Of a stretch of DNA of 64,000 bases, positions 1-10,315 are shown in pieces. The first letter of the stretch is position 1, and each line of letters starts with the position of its first letter. Source of the DNA: Bacteroidota bacterium. Lineage in GTDB: Bacteria > Eisenbacteria > RBG-16-71-46 > SZUA-252. Location of the stretch: the NCBI GenBank assembly GCA_050257045.1, contig JBLMWD010000126.1:71258-135257 (forward strand). The letters run 5' to 3'. Both the position numbers and the translations under genes were made by a program. The notes beneath the pieces were generated by a model that saw only the letters and a list, made by a program, of their open reading frames with translations, had not been told where the DNA came from and did no database searches.

Positions 1-2
1 CC

Positions 3-632
3 CCCGGAGGAATCGTCGGGATCATCGGCCCCAACGGGGCCGGGAAGACGACGCTCGCCCGGATGATCGCGGGGACCGAGGGACCGGATTCGGGGACGCT
101 CCGCCTCGGCGAGACGGTGCGCATTGCCTACGTCGACCAGTCGCGCGAAACGCTCGAGGGATCGCGGAACGTCTGGGAGGAGATCTCGGGGGGCGAGGAC
201 CTGCTCGGGATGGGCTCCCGCGAGGTCCCCTCGCGCGCCTATGTCGCCGCGTTCGGCTTCAAGGGGGCCGACCAGCAGAAGCCGGTGAAGAACCTCTCCG
301 GCGGCGAACGGAACCGCGTGCACCTCGCGAAGCTGCTGCGGTCGGGTGGAAATCTACTGTTGCTCGACGAGCCGACGAACGACCTGGACGTCGATACGCT
401 GCGCGCGCTGGAGAACGCGATCCTCGACTTCGCCGGCTGCGTCGTGGTGATCAGCCACGACCGCTGGTTCCTCGACCGGATCGCCACGCACATGATCGCC
501 TTCGAGGACGACGGCGGCGTGGTCTGGTTCGAGGGGAACTTCCAGGACTACGAGGCGAACCGCCACATGCGGCTCGGCGCCGCCGCCGACCAGCCGCACC
601 GGCTCAAGTACAAGAAGCTGGTGCGGGAGTGA
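3..632 (+). CDS. ettA: ABC-F translational throttle EttA, C-terminal part (gene starts before the window)
   Basis: Walker [10 protein letters not shown] at the window edge, LSGGERNR signature, [20 protein letters not shown], EttA-type C-terminal PHRLKYKKL. Confidence 0.92.
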   Translation, partial: PGGIVGIIGPNGAGKTTLARMIAGTEGPDSGTLRLGETVRIAYVDQSRETLEGSRNVWEEISGGEDLLGMGSREVPSRAYVAAFGFKGADQQKPVKNLSGGERNRVHLAKLLRSGGNLLLLDEPTNDLDVDTLRALENAILDFAGCVVVISHDRWFLDRIATHMIAFEDDGGVVWFEGNFQDYEANRHMRLGAAADQPHRLKYKKLVRE

Positions 633-1300
633 GGCGAGCCCTCGCGATCGCAGTGGTCGCCGGTCTCGCGTCAATGCTCGCGACGGCGGCTGGGGCCGGA
701 GAGCCTCTCGTGACCAAGATCCGGCCGCCCCGACCCCGTGGATATGGCGGTGATGACCTGGTTGTTACTGCAATACCCATGAATCGATTCGACTTTGCCC
801 GCGGCATCGGCCTGGTCGAGGGCGAGCGCAAGGACAGCCTCTGGGTCATGATCCCCGACTCGACGCTCGCGACCGGCGATTCGCTCACGCTGATCTCCGA
901 CGAGCCGAATCCCGACTCGTCCACGTACGTCACCTTGATCTCGGCCGCGGTGAAGGAGCGGCTCCGCAGCGTCCCGAATGCGAAGATGATTCCCGAACCG
1001 GGGGACGTCTTCTATCGGCTCGCGGCGCCGGCCGGCGCCCTCGATTGCTGCATCTTCGGGTACGCGGTGCGCGCGCCCCGGAACCTGTTTCGCAAGGTCG
1101 CGGGACGCGCCGAAGCGGATCTCGACCGCGACGGCACCCCGGAGATCTTCCAGAGCTGCGGCTCGGGCGACCTGCTCTATCCCGCGGTCTGGTCCGGCCA
1201 GGCGCTCACCGGCGCGCTGCGCTGGAAGCGTGGTTATCACCTCGACTACCCAGTCGACTCGAACTGCCCCGGCTCTCACGACAGCCTGAGCACCAAGTAA
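629..1300 (+). CDS. Hypothetical secreted protein
   Basis: GTG overlaps ettA stop; signal-peptide-like N-terminus; DLDRDGTPE motif; several Cys. Confidence 0.7.
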   Translation: MRRALAIAVVAGLASMLATAAGAGEPLVTKIRPPRPRGYGGDDLVVTAIPMNRFDFARGIGLVEGERKDSLWVMIPDSTLATGDSLTLISDEPNPDSSTYVTLISAAVKERLRSVPNAKMIPEPGDVFYRLAAPAGALDCCIFGYAVRAPRNLFRKVAGRAEADLDRDGTPEIFQSCGSGDLLYPAVWSGQALTGALRWKRGYHLDYPVDSNCPGSHDSLSTK

Positions 1301-1318
1301 TCCTCTTCGGCTCCTGCC

Positions 1319-1490
1319 AACTCGGTCCAGACCGAGTTCTCGTCGTGCGGCGTTTGGCATTCGCGACCGACTTCCACATCTCCCAGGAGATGTGCCAGAG
1401 CGCGCATGACTCGCCCCAGAGCGAGTTCATTTGACGTCGCGAGTTCCTTCGGACTCGTCCCAGGACGATTTCAACATCTCGGGAAGATGT
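1319..1490. repeat. Cluster of ~20-bp palindromes, four centred on CCAG (REP/BIME-like)
   Basis: AACTCGGTC-CA-GACCGAGTT 1319-1338; CACATCTCC-CA-GGAGATGTG 1375-1394; ACTCGCCC-CA-GAGCGAGT ~1409-1426; TCGTCC-CA-GGACGA 1455-1468; ACATCT-N5-AGATGT 1474-1490. Confidence 0.75.
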
Positions 1491-1561
1491 GCCTTCGCGG
1501 CCCACAACTTGGACCGGCACGCTGAGATACGCGTTCTCGCTCCAACACCCCTGGCACAAAA

Positions 1562-1590
1562 GGTATCATTATGATATCATGTTGATATGG
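1562..1590 (+). promoter_or_regulatory. Putative operator: three TGATATCA-like boxes with 11-bp period
   Basis: GGTATCA-tta-TGATATCA-tgt-TGATAT, an AT-rich patch directly upstream of the SPFH-RHH operon. Confidence 0.6.
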
Positions 1591-1640
1591 CGCGCGGCGG
1601 ATGCCGACGCGCCACGTGTTCGAAAGGAGGCCGTCGTCCC

Positions 1641-2513
1641 ATGACCACCGAACGTCCCACCTCGGCGCTGAGCGGCGCCGCGGGTCTGATCGGTTGCCTG
1701 CTCCTCCTCGCGGCAGGGATCGCCGTCATCGCGCACGGAATCGCGCACGACGCCCCGCTGATCATCGTTTTCGTGGGGCTGCCGCTGATCCTCCTCTCGG
1801 CGCTGGCCGCGGCCGGTCTCTTCACGGTGCAGCCGAACCAGGCGGTCGTGCTGATCCTCTTCGGCACGTACGTCGGCACGGTGCGCCAGAGCGGGTGGTG
1901 GTGGACGAACCCCTTCAACACGAAGAAGCGGATCTCGCTCCGGGTGCGCAGCCTGAATGGACAGACGATCAAGGTGAACGACGCGATGGGCAATCCGGTG
2001 GAGATCGCCGCCGTCGTGGTCTGGAAGGTCCGCGATTCCGCGATGGCGACGTTCGACGTGGAGAACTTCGAGTCGTTCGTGGCGGTGCAGAGCGAGACGG
2101 CGGTGCGCCATCTCGCCACCGAGTACCCGTACGACAGCGAGGGGACCGACGCGATCTCCCTGCGCGGGAGCATCGACAAGGTCTCCGAGTTCCTGCGCTC
2201 GGAGCTCCAGCAGCGGCTCCAACCCGCGGGCGTCGAAGTGGTCGAGGCGCGCCTCAGCCATCTCGCCTACGCGCCCGAGATCGCCGGCGCGATGCTCCAG
2301 CGCCAGCAGGCCGCGGCGATCATCGCGGCGCGGCAGCGGATCGTGGAGGGTGCCGTCGGAATGGTCGAGATGGCGCTCGACCGGCTCGCGTCGAACCACG
2401 TGATCGACCTCGACGAGGAGCGGAAAGCCGCCATGGTGTCGAACCTGCTCGTGGTGCTCTGCGGCGAGCGCGCGGCGACGCCCGTCCTGAACGCCGGCAC
2501 GCTGCACCAATAG
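1641..2513 (+). CDS. SPFH (band 7) domain membrane protein
   Basis: AAGGAGG SD before ATG 1641; two TM helices; [16 protein letters not shown] and [17 protein letters not shown] motifs. Confidence 0.9.
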   Translation: MTTERPTSALSGAAGLIGCLLLLAAGIAVIAHGIAHDAPLIIVFVGLPLILLSALAAAGLFTVQPNQAVVLILFGTYVGTVRQSGWWWTNPFNTKKRISLRVRSLNGQTIKVNDAMGNPVEIAAVVVWKVRDSAMATFDVENFESFVAVQSETAVRHLATEYPYDSEGTDAISLRGSIDKVSEFLRSELQQRLQPAGVEVVEARLSHLAYAPEIAGAMLQRQQAAAIIAARQRIVEGAVGMVEMALDRLASNHVIDLDEERKAAMVSNLLVVLCGERAATPVLNAGTLHQ

Positions 2514-2520
2514 GGGCGGA

Positions 2521-2712
2521 ATGGCGGACCGTAAAGCGTTCCTGCTGCGGATCGACCCCGCGCTCTGGGAAGCGCTCGAGAAGTGGGCCGCCGACGAGCT
2601 CCGGAGCGTGAACGGTCAGATCGAATACCTTCTCGCGCGCGCGGTGGAGTCGGCCGGCCGAAGCCGGCGATCGGCCGCGAAGCGCGCCGGGAAGAAGGAG
2701 GGATCTCCGTAA
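2521..2712 (+). CDS. Arc-like ribbon-helix-helix DNA-binding protein
   Basis: [32 protein letters not shown]; usual partner gene of this SPFH subfamily. Confidence 0.85.
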   Translation: MADRKAFLLRIDPALWEALEKWAADELRSVNGQIEYLLARAVESAGRSRRSAAKRAGKKEGSP

Positions 2713-2725
2713 GGGAAGCCAGCCG

Positions 2726-2780
2726 CCGTCCGGACGTAGGCAGCCACGCGCAACCCGTCCGGACGTAGGCAGCCACGCGC
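2726..2780. repeat. 26-bp direct repeat, two copies
   Basis: CCGTCCGGACGTAGGCAGCCACGCGC at 2726-2751 and 2755-2780. Confidence 0.85.
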
Positions 2781-2874
2781 TGCCTGGCGCCCACGAAAAC
2801 GGCCGGAGCCGCACCACGCGACTCCGGCCGATCCTCTTGTGGTCGCACGTCGCCTGGCCAGGCGACGTGTCACT

Positions 2875-3600
2875 CTAGTGGTAGCGCCCTTCCCCGCGCT
2901 GCCAGTCCATGTCCTGATCGCGATCGTTCCGATCGTCACGCAGCTCGCGACGGTCCTCCATCAGCTCCCAGCGGTTCGCGCGGGCGTCCGCGCGCGCGAC
3001 CCGGAGGAACTGGCCGAAGAGGCGATCTTCCTCCCGCAGCGCGCCGCGATTTCCCCGCCGCACGTCGGGCTGGATCTCGCGGAGCCGGTCACGGATCTCG
3101 AGCATCTGATCGAGCCGCCGGCGGCTCGCGGCGGTGTCACGTCGATCGTCGCGGAGGTCACGCCGCTCATCCCTCAGGTCGCGCGTGTCGTCGCGCACGT
3201 CGCGGCGCATGTCGTCGCCGCTCCGTCGCTCCTCGGCGCGATCGCGCGCGAGGTCTCCGCGCGCTTCCACGGTCTGCTGGACCAGCATCACGCGGATCCG
3301 GTTCCGCAGGCGCCGCTCCGCCCGAAAGTCGTGGTCGGCCATCGCGCGGTCATGCCATGCGATCAGCCGCGCGAGCCGCCGCACGTCCATCTGATCCTGG
3401 CGCAGATCGCGCACGTCCTGTCGGATCTCCCGCCGGTCCTGGCGCAGCTCCCGGCGGTCCTGCTGCGAGTCACGGTCCCGCCGCATGTCGCGGTCCTGCC
3501 CGCCCTGGCCAGGCTGCGCCGACGCAGTGACCGCCATCGCGCTCAGGACTACGGCGCCGAGCCACGTGATTCCGCGGCGCCACACTGTGCTCCTTCGCAT
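2875..3600 (-). CDS. Secreted Arg/Asp-rich heptad-repeat protein
   Basis: GGAAGGAG SD before ATG 3600; signal peptide ending ASA; repeats DRRELRQ/DRREIRQ/DVRDLRQ. Confidence 0.75.
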   Translation of the reverse strand: MRRSTVWRRGITWLGAVVLSAMAVTASAQPGQGGQDRDMRRDRDSQQDRRELRQDRREIRQDVRDLRQDQMDVRRLARLIAWHDRAMADHDFRAERRLRNRIRVMLVQQTVEARGDLARDRAEERRSGDDMRRDVRDDTRDLRDERRDLRDDRRDTAASRRRLDQMLEIRDRLREIQPDVRRGNRGALREEDRLFGQFLRVARADARANRWELMEDRRELRDDRNDRDQDMDWQRGEGRYH

Positions 3601-3690
3601 ACGCTGAGCTCCTTCCTCGCTCTGGTTGCGGCACAACGGGTTGGGCGGGGCTTGCCTCATCCCGCCCATGGTACCGGTGTGAAAAGGCAA

Positions 3691-5220
3691 CTAGCGTGCC
3701 GCGTTGGCTTTCGCGCCGCGCACGCCGGTGAGAAGGGGTTCGTTGATCGAGGTCTCGAGAATGGGGCCGTACTTCCGCAGCATGGGGCGGATCGCTTTCG
3801 CGTTGCCGACCACGACGATGGTCAAGTCTTCGGCGGAAGGATAGACGCGCTGGATGAGGGGCTTCAGCGCGTCGGGGCGGCTCACCGCCGCGACGTGCGC
3901 GGGGTACTCGGTGACCTCGGTCGGCGGCAGCCCGTAGAACGCGAGGTCGCTCAGCGTCCCCGCGATCTGTCCGTTCGTCTCGAACGAGGTCGGGTACTGC
4001 CCCTCGATGTACTGCGTGGCGGAGTGAAGAGTCGTGGCGTCGAGCCCCGACGCGCGGAAGCGCGCGAGCGTCTCGAGGGCGAGGTCGATCGCTTTCTGCG
4101 TCGACTCGGTCTTCGTGAAGCTGCTGATCGCCACCGTGCCGGGCCGGGTCGGCCGCGGGATGCGCACGCGCGCGCCGTAGGTGAGGCCCGACTTGATCCG
4201 CAGCGCCGTGTTGATCATCGACGTGTACCGGCCGCCGAAGGCCGTGTTCACCACGTCGACGGTGACACGGTCGGGATCGGTCCGCGCGATGCCGAGGTTC
4301 CCGATCCAGAAGTAGGACTGGGTCGCGTCGGGCTTGTCGATGAGGAGCACGTGCCGTCCCGTTCGGCGCGACGTGGGCGGGATCGACGGCGGCTGCGCCG
4401 GGGCCGGCTTCCAGTCCCCGAACGCGCGCCGCAGCTTGTTCTCCATCGCCCGCGCGTCGAAGTCCCCCACGACCGTGAGGATGAGGCGGTCGCCGCCGTA
4501 GTTCTCCCGGTAGCACGCGAGGACGTCGTCGCGCGTGAGCTTCGCCACCGTGGTTTCGTCGCCCGAGGTCGGCCGGCCGTAGGGATGCCCCTGATAGAAG
4601 TAGGCCGCGGCGTAGAGGCCGAGCATCGCGGAGGGATCGTCCTTGTCGGCGCGCAGCGCGTCGACCGTCTGGTCGCGCAGCTTCACGAATTCGGAATCGG
4701 GGAACGTCGGCTCGCGCAGGATCGAGCGCACGAGGTCGATCATGAGGTCCTGGTCGCGCGCCAAGAACTCGCCCGAGATCGCGGCGGTCTCGACGCCGGC
4801 GCCGGTCGAGAGGTCCGCTCCGGCGCCGTCGGTCACGGCCGCGATCTCGCGCGCCGAGCGCTTCCCAGCTCCCTTTCGAAGCATGTCGGCGGTGAGGGAG
4901 GCGAGCCCCTCCTTCCCGGAGGGATCGACGATCGAGCCGCATCCGCGGAGCGTCCCCTGGAAGGAGATGAGGGGGAGGCTGTGCTTTTCCGCGAGGATGA
5001 GCCGCGCCCCGTTCGGGAGCGTGATCGTGTGCGCAGAGGGAATCACGACGCGCGACGGCGCGGCGGCGGACTGTGCGAAACCCGGCGGCGCCAGGAGCGC
5101 CGCCGAGGCGAGAGAGGCCGCGGCGCCGACGAGCGCGGCGGAGGCGAGGCGCAGGATCGAGGCGAAATGCGGGACGAGGACCGCCGGGCCAGATGGGCGA
5201 ATATCCGGCTGGCGGCTCAT
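3691..5220 (-). CDS. M16 family peptidase, non-catalytic subunit
   Basis: TLPNG; GLASLTADML in place of HXXEH; LRIKSGLTY R/Y motif; ATG overlaps upstream stop. Confidence 0.85.
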   Translation of the reverse strand: MSRQPDIRPSGPAVLVPHFASILRLASAALVGAAASLASAALLAPPGFAQSAAAPSRVVIPSAHTITLPNGARLILAEKHSLPLISFQGTLRGCGSIVDPSGKEGLASLTADMLRKGAGKRSAREIAAVTDGAGADLSTGAGVETAAISGEFLARDQDLMIDLVRSILREPTFPDSEFVKLRDQTVDALRADKDDPSAMLGLYAAAYFYQGHPYGRPTSGDETTVAKLTRDDVLACYRENYGGDRLILTVVGDFDARAMENKLRRAFGDWKPAPAQPPSIPPTSRRTGRHVLLIDKPDATQSYFWIGNLGIARTDPDRVTVDVVNTAFGGRYTSMINTALRIKSGLTYGARVRIPRPTRPGTVAISSFTKTESTQKAIDLALETLARFRASGLDATTLHSATQYIEGQYPTSFETNGQIAGTLSDLAFYGLPPTEVTEYPAHVAAVSRPDALKPLIQRVYPSAEDLTIVVVGNAKAIRPMLRKYGPILETSINEPLLTGVRGAKANAAR

Positions 5221-6647
5221 CGCGCGCCCTCCGCGCGCGCGGGTGCTCCAGCGCTCCGCTCTTCGACCGGGATCAGCGTGCCGACCGTGCGGTTCTTCTC
5301 GTCGAAAATGCGGCGCGCGAGCGCCTGCACGTCGCGCGCGCGGACGGCCGCGTAGCGCGCGGGGCTCGAGAAGAGCTTCCGCCAGTCCCCCTTGAAGACT
5401 TCGTTCTCGCCGAGCGCGGCGGCCTTGCCGTTGATCGTCTCGAGCGTCTCCCAGTACGCCGCAAGCTGGATGTTCTTCGCCTTGGCGAGCTCCGCCTCGC
5501 TCGGGCCGTCGCGCCCGATGCGCGCGAGCTCGTCGTAGAGCATCCGCTCCACGTCGGCCGGCGCGCGGCCCGACACGAGCGTGACCGAGAAGGTGATGAG
5601 CCCCGGATCGAACCCCTCCATCACGTACGACGAGACGCTCACCGCCGCGCGCTCCTTGTCGATGAGGCGCTGATAGAGGCGCGACGACTCGCCGGTCGTG
5701 AGGATCATGTGGAGGAGATCGAGGGCCGGCGCGTCCGCGTCGCGCGGCGTACCGACGTGATAGGAGACCTCGAGGAGCGGCACCTGTCCGGCCTTCCGCA
5801 CCTCCACGCGGCGCTCCCCGAGCTGCGCCGGCTCCGCCGGTCCCACCCGCCCCGGGTGCGGCTCGGCCGGGATCGGCCCCATGTAGCGCTCGGCCAGCGC
5901 GAAGATCTCGCCCGGGGTCACGTCTCCCGTCACGACCATCGTCTCGTTGTTCGGCGCGTAGTAGGTATGGAAGTAGCTCTTCAGGTCGTTCAGCGTCCAG
6001 TGCTCGATGTCGTCCGGCCACCCGATGACGGGGATCTGATAGGGGTGCGCGACGTACGCGGTCGCCTCCACCTGCTCGTCGAGGAGCGAGGCGTTGTCGT
6101 CCTCCACGCTCGTCCGCCGCTCGGAGTAGACGACCTTGCGCTCGTTCTCGACCACGGTCGAGTCGAACGAGAGGCAGCAGACCCGGTCGGATTCGAGCTG
6201 GAAGATGAGCTCCAGCGCCGTGCGCGGAAACCAGTCCTGGTAGACCGTCACGTCGTTCGTCGTGTAGGCGTTGTTCGAACCGCCGTTCTCCTCCATCACG
6301 CGATCGAAGTCCCCGGGCGGGTGGTGCGCCGAGCCGTTGAACATCATGTGCTCGAAGAAATGGGAGAGCCCGGTGGCGCCCAGGTGCTCGTTCCGGCTCC
6401 CGACGTGGAAGAACTGGTAGAGGACCACGTTCGAGATGTCGTGGTTGGGCCAGACGATGATCTTGAGCCCGTTCGGAAGGGTCTTCTCCGCGATCTCGGG
6501 CGGGACCCCGCGCGGGGCGGCCGAGCGCGTCTCGCGCTCGCGCGGCTGCGCGGTCGCGGCAAGGGACGTGAACGCCGCCGCCGTGGCGGCGGCGAGTACC
6601 CCGAAAATCCAGATCCTGAATCGAATACGGACCATGAAGATCTCCAT
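5217..6647 (-). CDS. M16 family zinc peptidase, catalytic subunit
   Basis: GLSHFFEHMMF (HXXEH), NAYT, HPY..PVIG, YYAPNN; signal peptide. Confidence 0.92.
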   Translation of the reverse strand: MEIFMVRIRFRIWIFGVLAAATAAAFTSLAATAQPRERETRSAAPRGVPPEIAEKTLPNGLKIIVWPNHDISNVVLYQFFHVGSRNEHLGATGLSHFFEHMMFNGSAHHPPGDFDRVMEENGGSNNAYTTNDVTVYQDWFPRTALELIFQLESDRVCCLSFDSTVVENERKVVYSERRTSVEDDNASLLDEQVEATAYVAHPYQIPVIGWPDDIEHWTLNDLKSYFHTYYAPNNETMVVTGDVTPGEIFALAERYMGPIPAEPHPGRVGPAEPAQLGERRVEVRKAGQVPLLEVSYHVGTPRDADAPALDLLHMILTTGESSRLYQRLIDKERAAVSVSSYVMEGFDPGLITFSVTLVSGRAPADVERMLYDELARIGRDGPSEAELAKAKNIQLAAYWETLETINGKAAALGENEVFKGDWRKLFSSPARYAAVRARDVQALARRIFDEKNRTVGTLIPVEERSAGAPARAEGAR

Positions 6648-6762
6648 GGAACCCCGCCCGGCCGGCGGACGTACCGGTGTTCGAGTCTAGCAACCTGGCG
6701 TATTCTTGGGATCACGAATCGTGGCCAGGGCTGAACGCTTTTCGCGAAGGGGGATCGCGCCG

Positions 6763-7563
6763 ATGCCGACCATGCACGAAGTCGACTACGAAATCAAAGG
6801 GGACGATATGCAGTTCGTCCGCATCCAGCTCGACCCGGGTGAGGCGGTCGTGGCCGAGGCGGGCGCCATGATGTACCTCGAGGACGGGATCCAGATGGAC
6901 ACGGTCTTCGGCGACGGCTCCCAGCAGAACCAGGGCTTCATGGGCGCCCTGATGGGCGCCGGCAAGCGCCTCCTCACCGGCGAGTCGCTCTTCATGACGG
7001 TCTTCCACAACGAGTCGCGGGACAAGCGCTGGTGCGCGTTCGCGGCCCCCTACCCCGGCAAGATCCAGCCGATGAACCTGACCCAGCTCGGCGGTGAGAT
7101 CATCGCGCAGAAGGATTCGTTCCTCGTCGCCGCGAAGGGCGTGAGCATCGGGATCGCCTTCCAGCGCCGCTTCGGCGTCGGTCTCTTCGGCGGCGAGGGA
7201 TTCATCATGGAGCGCCTCCAGGGCGACGGATGGGTCTTCGTCAACGCGGGCGGCACGCTCGAGGAGCACACGCTCGCGGACGGCCAGATGCTCCGCGTCG
7301 ACACCGGCTGCCTGGTGGCCCTGCAGCCCACCGTCCAGTACGACATCCAGTACATCGGGAAGGTGAAGACCGCGCTCTTCGGGGGCGAAGGATTGTTCTT
7401 CGCGACCTTGAAGGGACCCGGAAAGGTCTGGCTCCAGTCGCTCCCCTTCAGCCGGCTCGCGAGCCGGATCTACGCGGCCGCCCCGCAGACGGGCGGGAAG
7501 CGGCAGGAGGAGGGGTCGATCCTGGGCGGGCTGGGGAACCTGCTGGACGGGGACGGGCGCTGA
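6763..7563 (+). CDS. TIGR00266 / AIM24 family protein
   Basis: [26 protein letters not shown] twice, [16 protein letters not shown]. Confidence 0.92.
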   Translation: MPTMHEVDYEIKGDDMQFVRIQLDPGEAVVAEAGAMMYLEDGIQMDTVFGDGSQQNQGFMGALMGAGKRLLTGESLFMTVFHNESRDKRWCAFAAPYPGKIQPMNLTQLGGEIIAQKDSFLVAAKGVSIGIAFQRRFGVGLFGGEGFIMERLQGDGWVFVNAGGTLEEHTLADGQMLRVDTGCLVALQPTVQYDIQYIGKVKTALFGGEGLFFATLKGPGKVWLQSLPFSRLASRIYAAAPQTGGKRQEEGSILGGLGNLLDGDGR

Positions 7564-7598
7564 CGCCGCCCGTCCAGGGGCGCTGACGCCGCCCGTCC
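7555..7598. repeat. Tandem duplication spanning the AIM24 stop codon
   Basis: GGGCGCTGACGCCGCCCGTCC twice, period 23. Confidence 0.8.
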
Positions 7599-7656
7599 CG
7601 GGGCGCGGGCGTGGCCCGGGGCTGGTTCCCAGGACGGCGGGTGGCCCCGGGCTGCT

Positions 7657-7881
7657 TCATCTCCGGCGAAAGAGCAAAAGCAGCAGCGAAACCACCACGC
7701 TGATCAGGATCGACGTCCCGAGCGGCACGTAGACCCGCCAGGTGCTCCCTCCGAACGTGAAGTCGCCCGGCAACTTCCCCAGCCATGGGATGCGGGGGCC
7801 TAGGGTCAACCCCAGCCCGATCAGGACCAGCACGATCCCCAGCACGATGAAGAGCCGGCCGAAGCTGCCAACATCCGCCAT
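7657..7881 (-). CDS. DUF2905 family small membrane protein
   Basis: WLGKLPGDF...VYVPLGTSILISVV. Confidence 0.85.
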   Translation of the reverse strand: MADVGSFGRLFIVLGIVLVLIGLGLTLGPRIPWLGKLPGDFTFGGSTWRVYVPLGTSILISVVVSLLLLLFRRR

Positions 7882-7944
7882 GCCCGGAGGCTACCAGGGA
7901 ACGCGCGCCGGCGCGTAGACTCCTTGCCGATGCCTCCCCGCCTT

Positions 7945-7970
7945 CCAACCATCCCTCCCCCGGGTGCGTC
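7945..7970 (+). promoter_or_regulatory. Putative ECF autoregulatory promoter
   Basis: AAC (7947-7949)-N17-CGT (7967-7969) upstream of the ECF sigma gene. Confidence 0.45.
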
Positions 7971-8004
7971 CAACTCGTTGCACGAAGCGCTGGTGGAGAC
8001 CGGG

Positions 8005-8559
8005 GTGACCGCGCCGACGACGCTATTGCATACGCTGCCGACGTCAGGGGAAGGGGTCGACGTGGCGCGCGCCCAGAACGGGGACACGCGCGCGTTCGAG
8101 CGCCTCTACCGGACGCACGTTCCGCGCGTCCTGGGGCTGGTCCGTCGCATGATGGGGACGGACTACGCGCCCGAGGTGACGCAGGACGTGTTCGTCCGCG
8201 CGTGGGAGAAGATCGGCACGTTCCGGGGCGAAGCGGCCTTCGGCACCTGGCTCCATCGCGTGGCCGTGAGCGTGATCCTCCATCGACGGAACGCGCTCCG
8301 CATTCAGCGGGAGCGCATCTCGGACGACGAGGCCGCGCTCGAAGCCGCGCCGGCGCGCCCCTCGACGGCCGATCTCGGCATGGACTTCGAGCGCGCCATC
8401 GCGAAGCTGCCGGCCGGCGCGCGCATGGTGTTCGTGCTGCACGACGTGGAAGGATTCAAGCACGAGGAGATCGCCGGGCTGCTCGGCGTGACCTCGGGAA
8501 CGACGAAGGCGCAGCTCCATCGCGCCCGAATGATCTTGCGGCAGCACCTGGACCGTTGA
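8005..8559 (+). CDS. ECF RNA polymerase sigma factor
   Basis: AFERLY, TQDVFVRAW, FGTWLHRVAV, HDVEGFKHEEIA..GTTKAQLHRAR; start uncertain. Confidence 0.92.
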   Translation: MTAPTTLLHTLPTSGEGVDVARAQNGDTRAFERLYRTHVPRVLGLVRRMMGTDYAPEVTQDVFVRAWEKIGTFRGEAAFGTWLHRVAVSVILHRRNALRIQRERISDDEAALEAAPARPSTADLGMDFERAIAKLPAGARMVFVLHDVEGFKHEEIAGLLGVTSGTTKAQLHRARMILRQHLDR

Positions 8560-8572
8560 ACGGAGCACCCGC

Positions 8573-9286
8573 ATGAGCGACCGCTACAGCGAACGACTTT
8601 CTGAATACCTCGACGGGGAGCTCTCCGAGGCCGAGCGCTCGGACACCGAGCGGCACCTGCGCGCGTGTCCCGCCTGCGCCGCGACGCTCGACGATCTGCG
8701 GCGCGTCGTCGTCCGCGCGGGAACGATCGCCGAAGCCGACGCGCTCGCGGACGCCGCCGTCGTGCGCGATCTCTGGCCCGGCATCGAGGCCCGCATCGCG
8801 CGGGCCGGCTCCGAGCGCGCGGATTCCGCGCGGGCGCGGGGACGCGGCGGCGCCGGCGCGTTCGATCGGCGGCGCTTCAGCTTCTCCATGCCGCAGCTCA
8901 TCGCCGCGTGCCTCGCGACGGCGGTCCTGTCGGGCGCGCTGGTCTGGTATCTCCGCAGCGCCGGGCCGCGAGAGCCGGGCGAGCTGATCCCCGGCTCGGA
9001 CAAGGCCGTCGCCGTCCAGCCCGCGGCGTCGAACCCGGGCGCGAGCAGCGCCGCGGTCGAGGATCTCCGCCGCGCGCTCGCCAACCAGCGCAACGACCTC
9101 GATCCCGAGACGGTGCGCACCCTGGAAGAGAGCCTGATGATCATCGAGGTCGCGATCCGCGAGGGGCAGCGCGCCCTGGCGGCCGACCCGCGCAATCCCT
9201 ACATCCGCGCGCACCTGGACGAGACGATGCGGCGCAAGGTGGAGCTTCTCCACCGCGCGACGATGCTCGCCAGCGCGACGCGCTGA
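8573..9286 (+). CDS. Zinc-finger (zf-HC2) anti-sigma factor
   Basis: LSEYLDGEL..HLRACPAC (HxxxCxxC) and one TM helix. Confidence 0.88.
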   Translation: MSDRYSERLSEYLDGELSEAERSDTERHLRACPACAATLDDLRRVVVRAGTIAEADALADAAVVRDLWPGIEARIARAGSERADSARARGRGGAGAFDRRRFSFSMPQLIAACLATAVLSGALVWYLRSAGPREPGELIPGSDKAVAVQPAASNPGASSAAVEDLRRALANQRNDLDPETVRTLEESLMIIEVAIREGQRALAADPRNPYIRAHLDETMRRKVELLHRATMLASATR

Positions 9287-9298
9287 AGGAACCCCCCC

Positions 9299-10312
9299 AT
9301 GCTCCCTGCATTCGCGGTCGCCGCCGGCCTCACGGCCTTCTCGCTCGCCCCGGGCGCGGATACCACCATCGCCGTCCCGCACGGGTTCAGCCTGAACGTG
9401 GCCAACTACTCGGGCGAGGTGTTCGTGGAGGGGTGGAACCGCGACGCGGTCCGCATCCGCAGCGATGAGGACGACGACGAGCGCGTCTCGGTGATCCCGG
9501 CGCGCGGCTTCCTGACAGTCCAGACAGCCTCGAAGCACCAGGAAGACCGCGAGGCCAACCTCCGGCTCCAGGTTCCGGTCTGGATGAACGTCACCGTGAG
9601 CGGCGTCCATACCGACGTGATCGTCGACGGGACGAAGGGACAGGTGAAGGTGGAGACCGTGCACGGCGACGTCATCGTGCGCGGCGGGCGACGGCGCATC
9701 GACCTGAACACCGTGAACGACGACATCTGCGTCCTCGACGCCGCGGGCGTCGTCCGCGCGGAGACGGTGAACGGCGACGCCTACGTCTGGCGCACGGAGT
9801 CGGACAGTGTCGACGTCTCCACGGTGAACGGCACGGTGGTCTACGAGGGCTCGGTGCGCGACAACGGCGTCTACCGCCTGGCGAGCCACAACGGTGACGT
9901 CGCGGTCGCCGTCCCCCGCGACGCGAACGCGGCGGTCGCGGTCTCCACGTTCGCCGGCGACTTCGAATCCAACATCCCGGTCACGCTGAGCGGGACCCAC
10001 AACCCGAAGCGCTTCCAGTTCTGCGTGGGAAACTGCTCGGCGCGGATGGACCTCCAGTCGTTCCAGGGGACGATCCAGATCTATCGCGCCATGGCCGCCG
10101 CCTCGGCGCGTGTGCAGCGGATGGACCGGATCGTCGACCAGGTGATCGAGAAGCGCCTCGACCGCTCCGCCGAGCGCCTCGAGGACCTGGGGTCGCAGAT
10201 CGAGCGCGCGACGCGCGCCTTGACGAAGAGTTTCGAAAAGGCGCAGAAGAAGCAGCACCGGCCCCACGAATCCCACGAGGAGAACGCCGACAGGAACGGC
10301 GACGGCGAGTAG
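9299..10312 (+). CDS. DUF4097 beta-strand repeat secreted protein
   Basis: Repeated TVHGD/TVNGD/SHNGD units; in the ECF operon. Confidence 0.8.
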   Translation: MLPAFAVAAGLTAFSLAPGADTTIAVPHGFSLNVANYSGEVFVEGWNRDAVRIRSDEDDDERVSVIPARGFLTVQTASKHQEDREANLRLQVPVWMNVTVSGVHTDVIVDGTKGQVKVETVHGDVIVRGGRRRIDLNTVNDDICVLDAAGVVRAETVNGDAYVWRTESDSVDVSTVNGTVVYEGSVRDNGVYRLASHNGDVAVAVPRDANAAVAVSTFAGDFESNIPVTLSGTHNPKRFQFCVGNCSARMDLQSFQGTIQIYRAMAAASARVQRMDRIVDQVIEKRLDRSAERLEDLGSQIERATRALTKSFEKAQKKQHRPHESHEENADRNGDGE

Positions 10313-10315
10313 CGA

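Noticed and set aside
2521-2712. Antitoxin of a toxin-antitoxin pair
   Set aside because: No adjacent toxin; it is the typical SPFH-linked RHH protein
1319-2780. CRISPR array
   Set aside because: Palindromes differ in sequence and spacing; the 26-bp repeat has two copies 3 bp apart; no cas genes
3691-6693. 1000-aa single M16 ORF
   Set aside because: The upstream half is an out-of-frame overlap with the catalytic subunit gene; the real start is 5220
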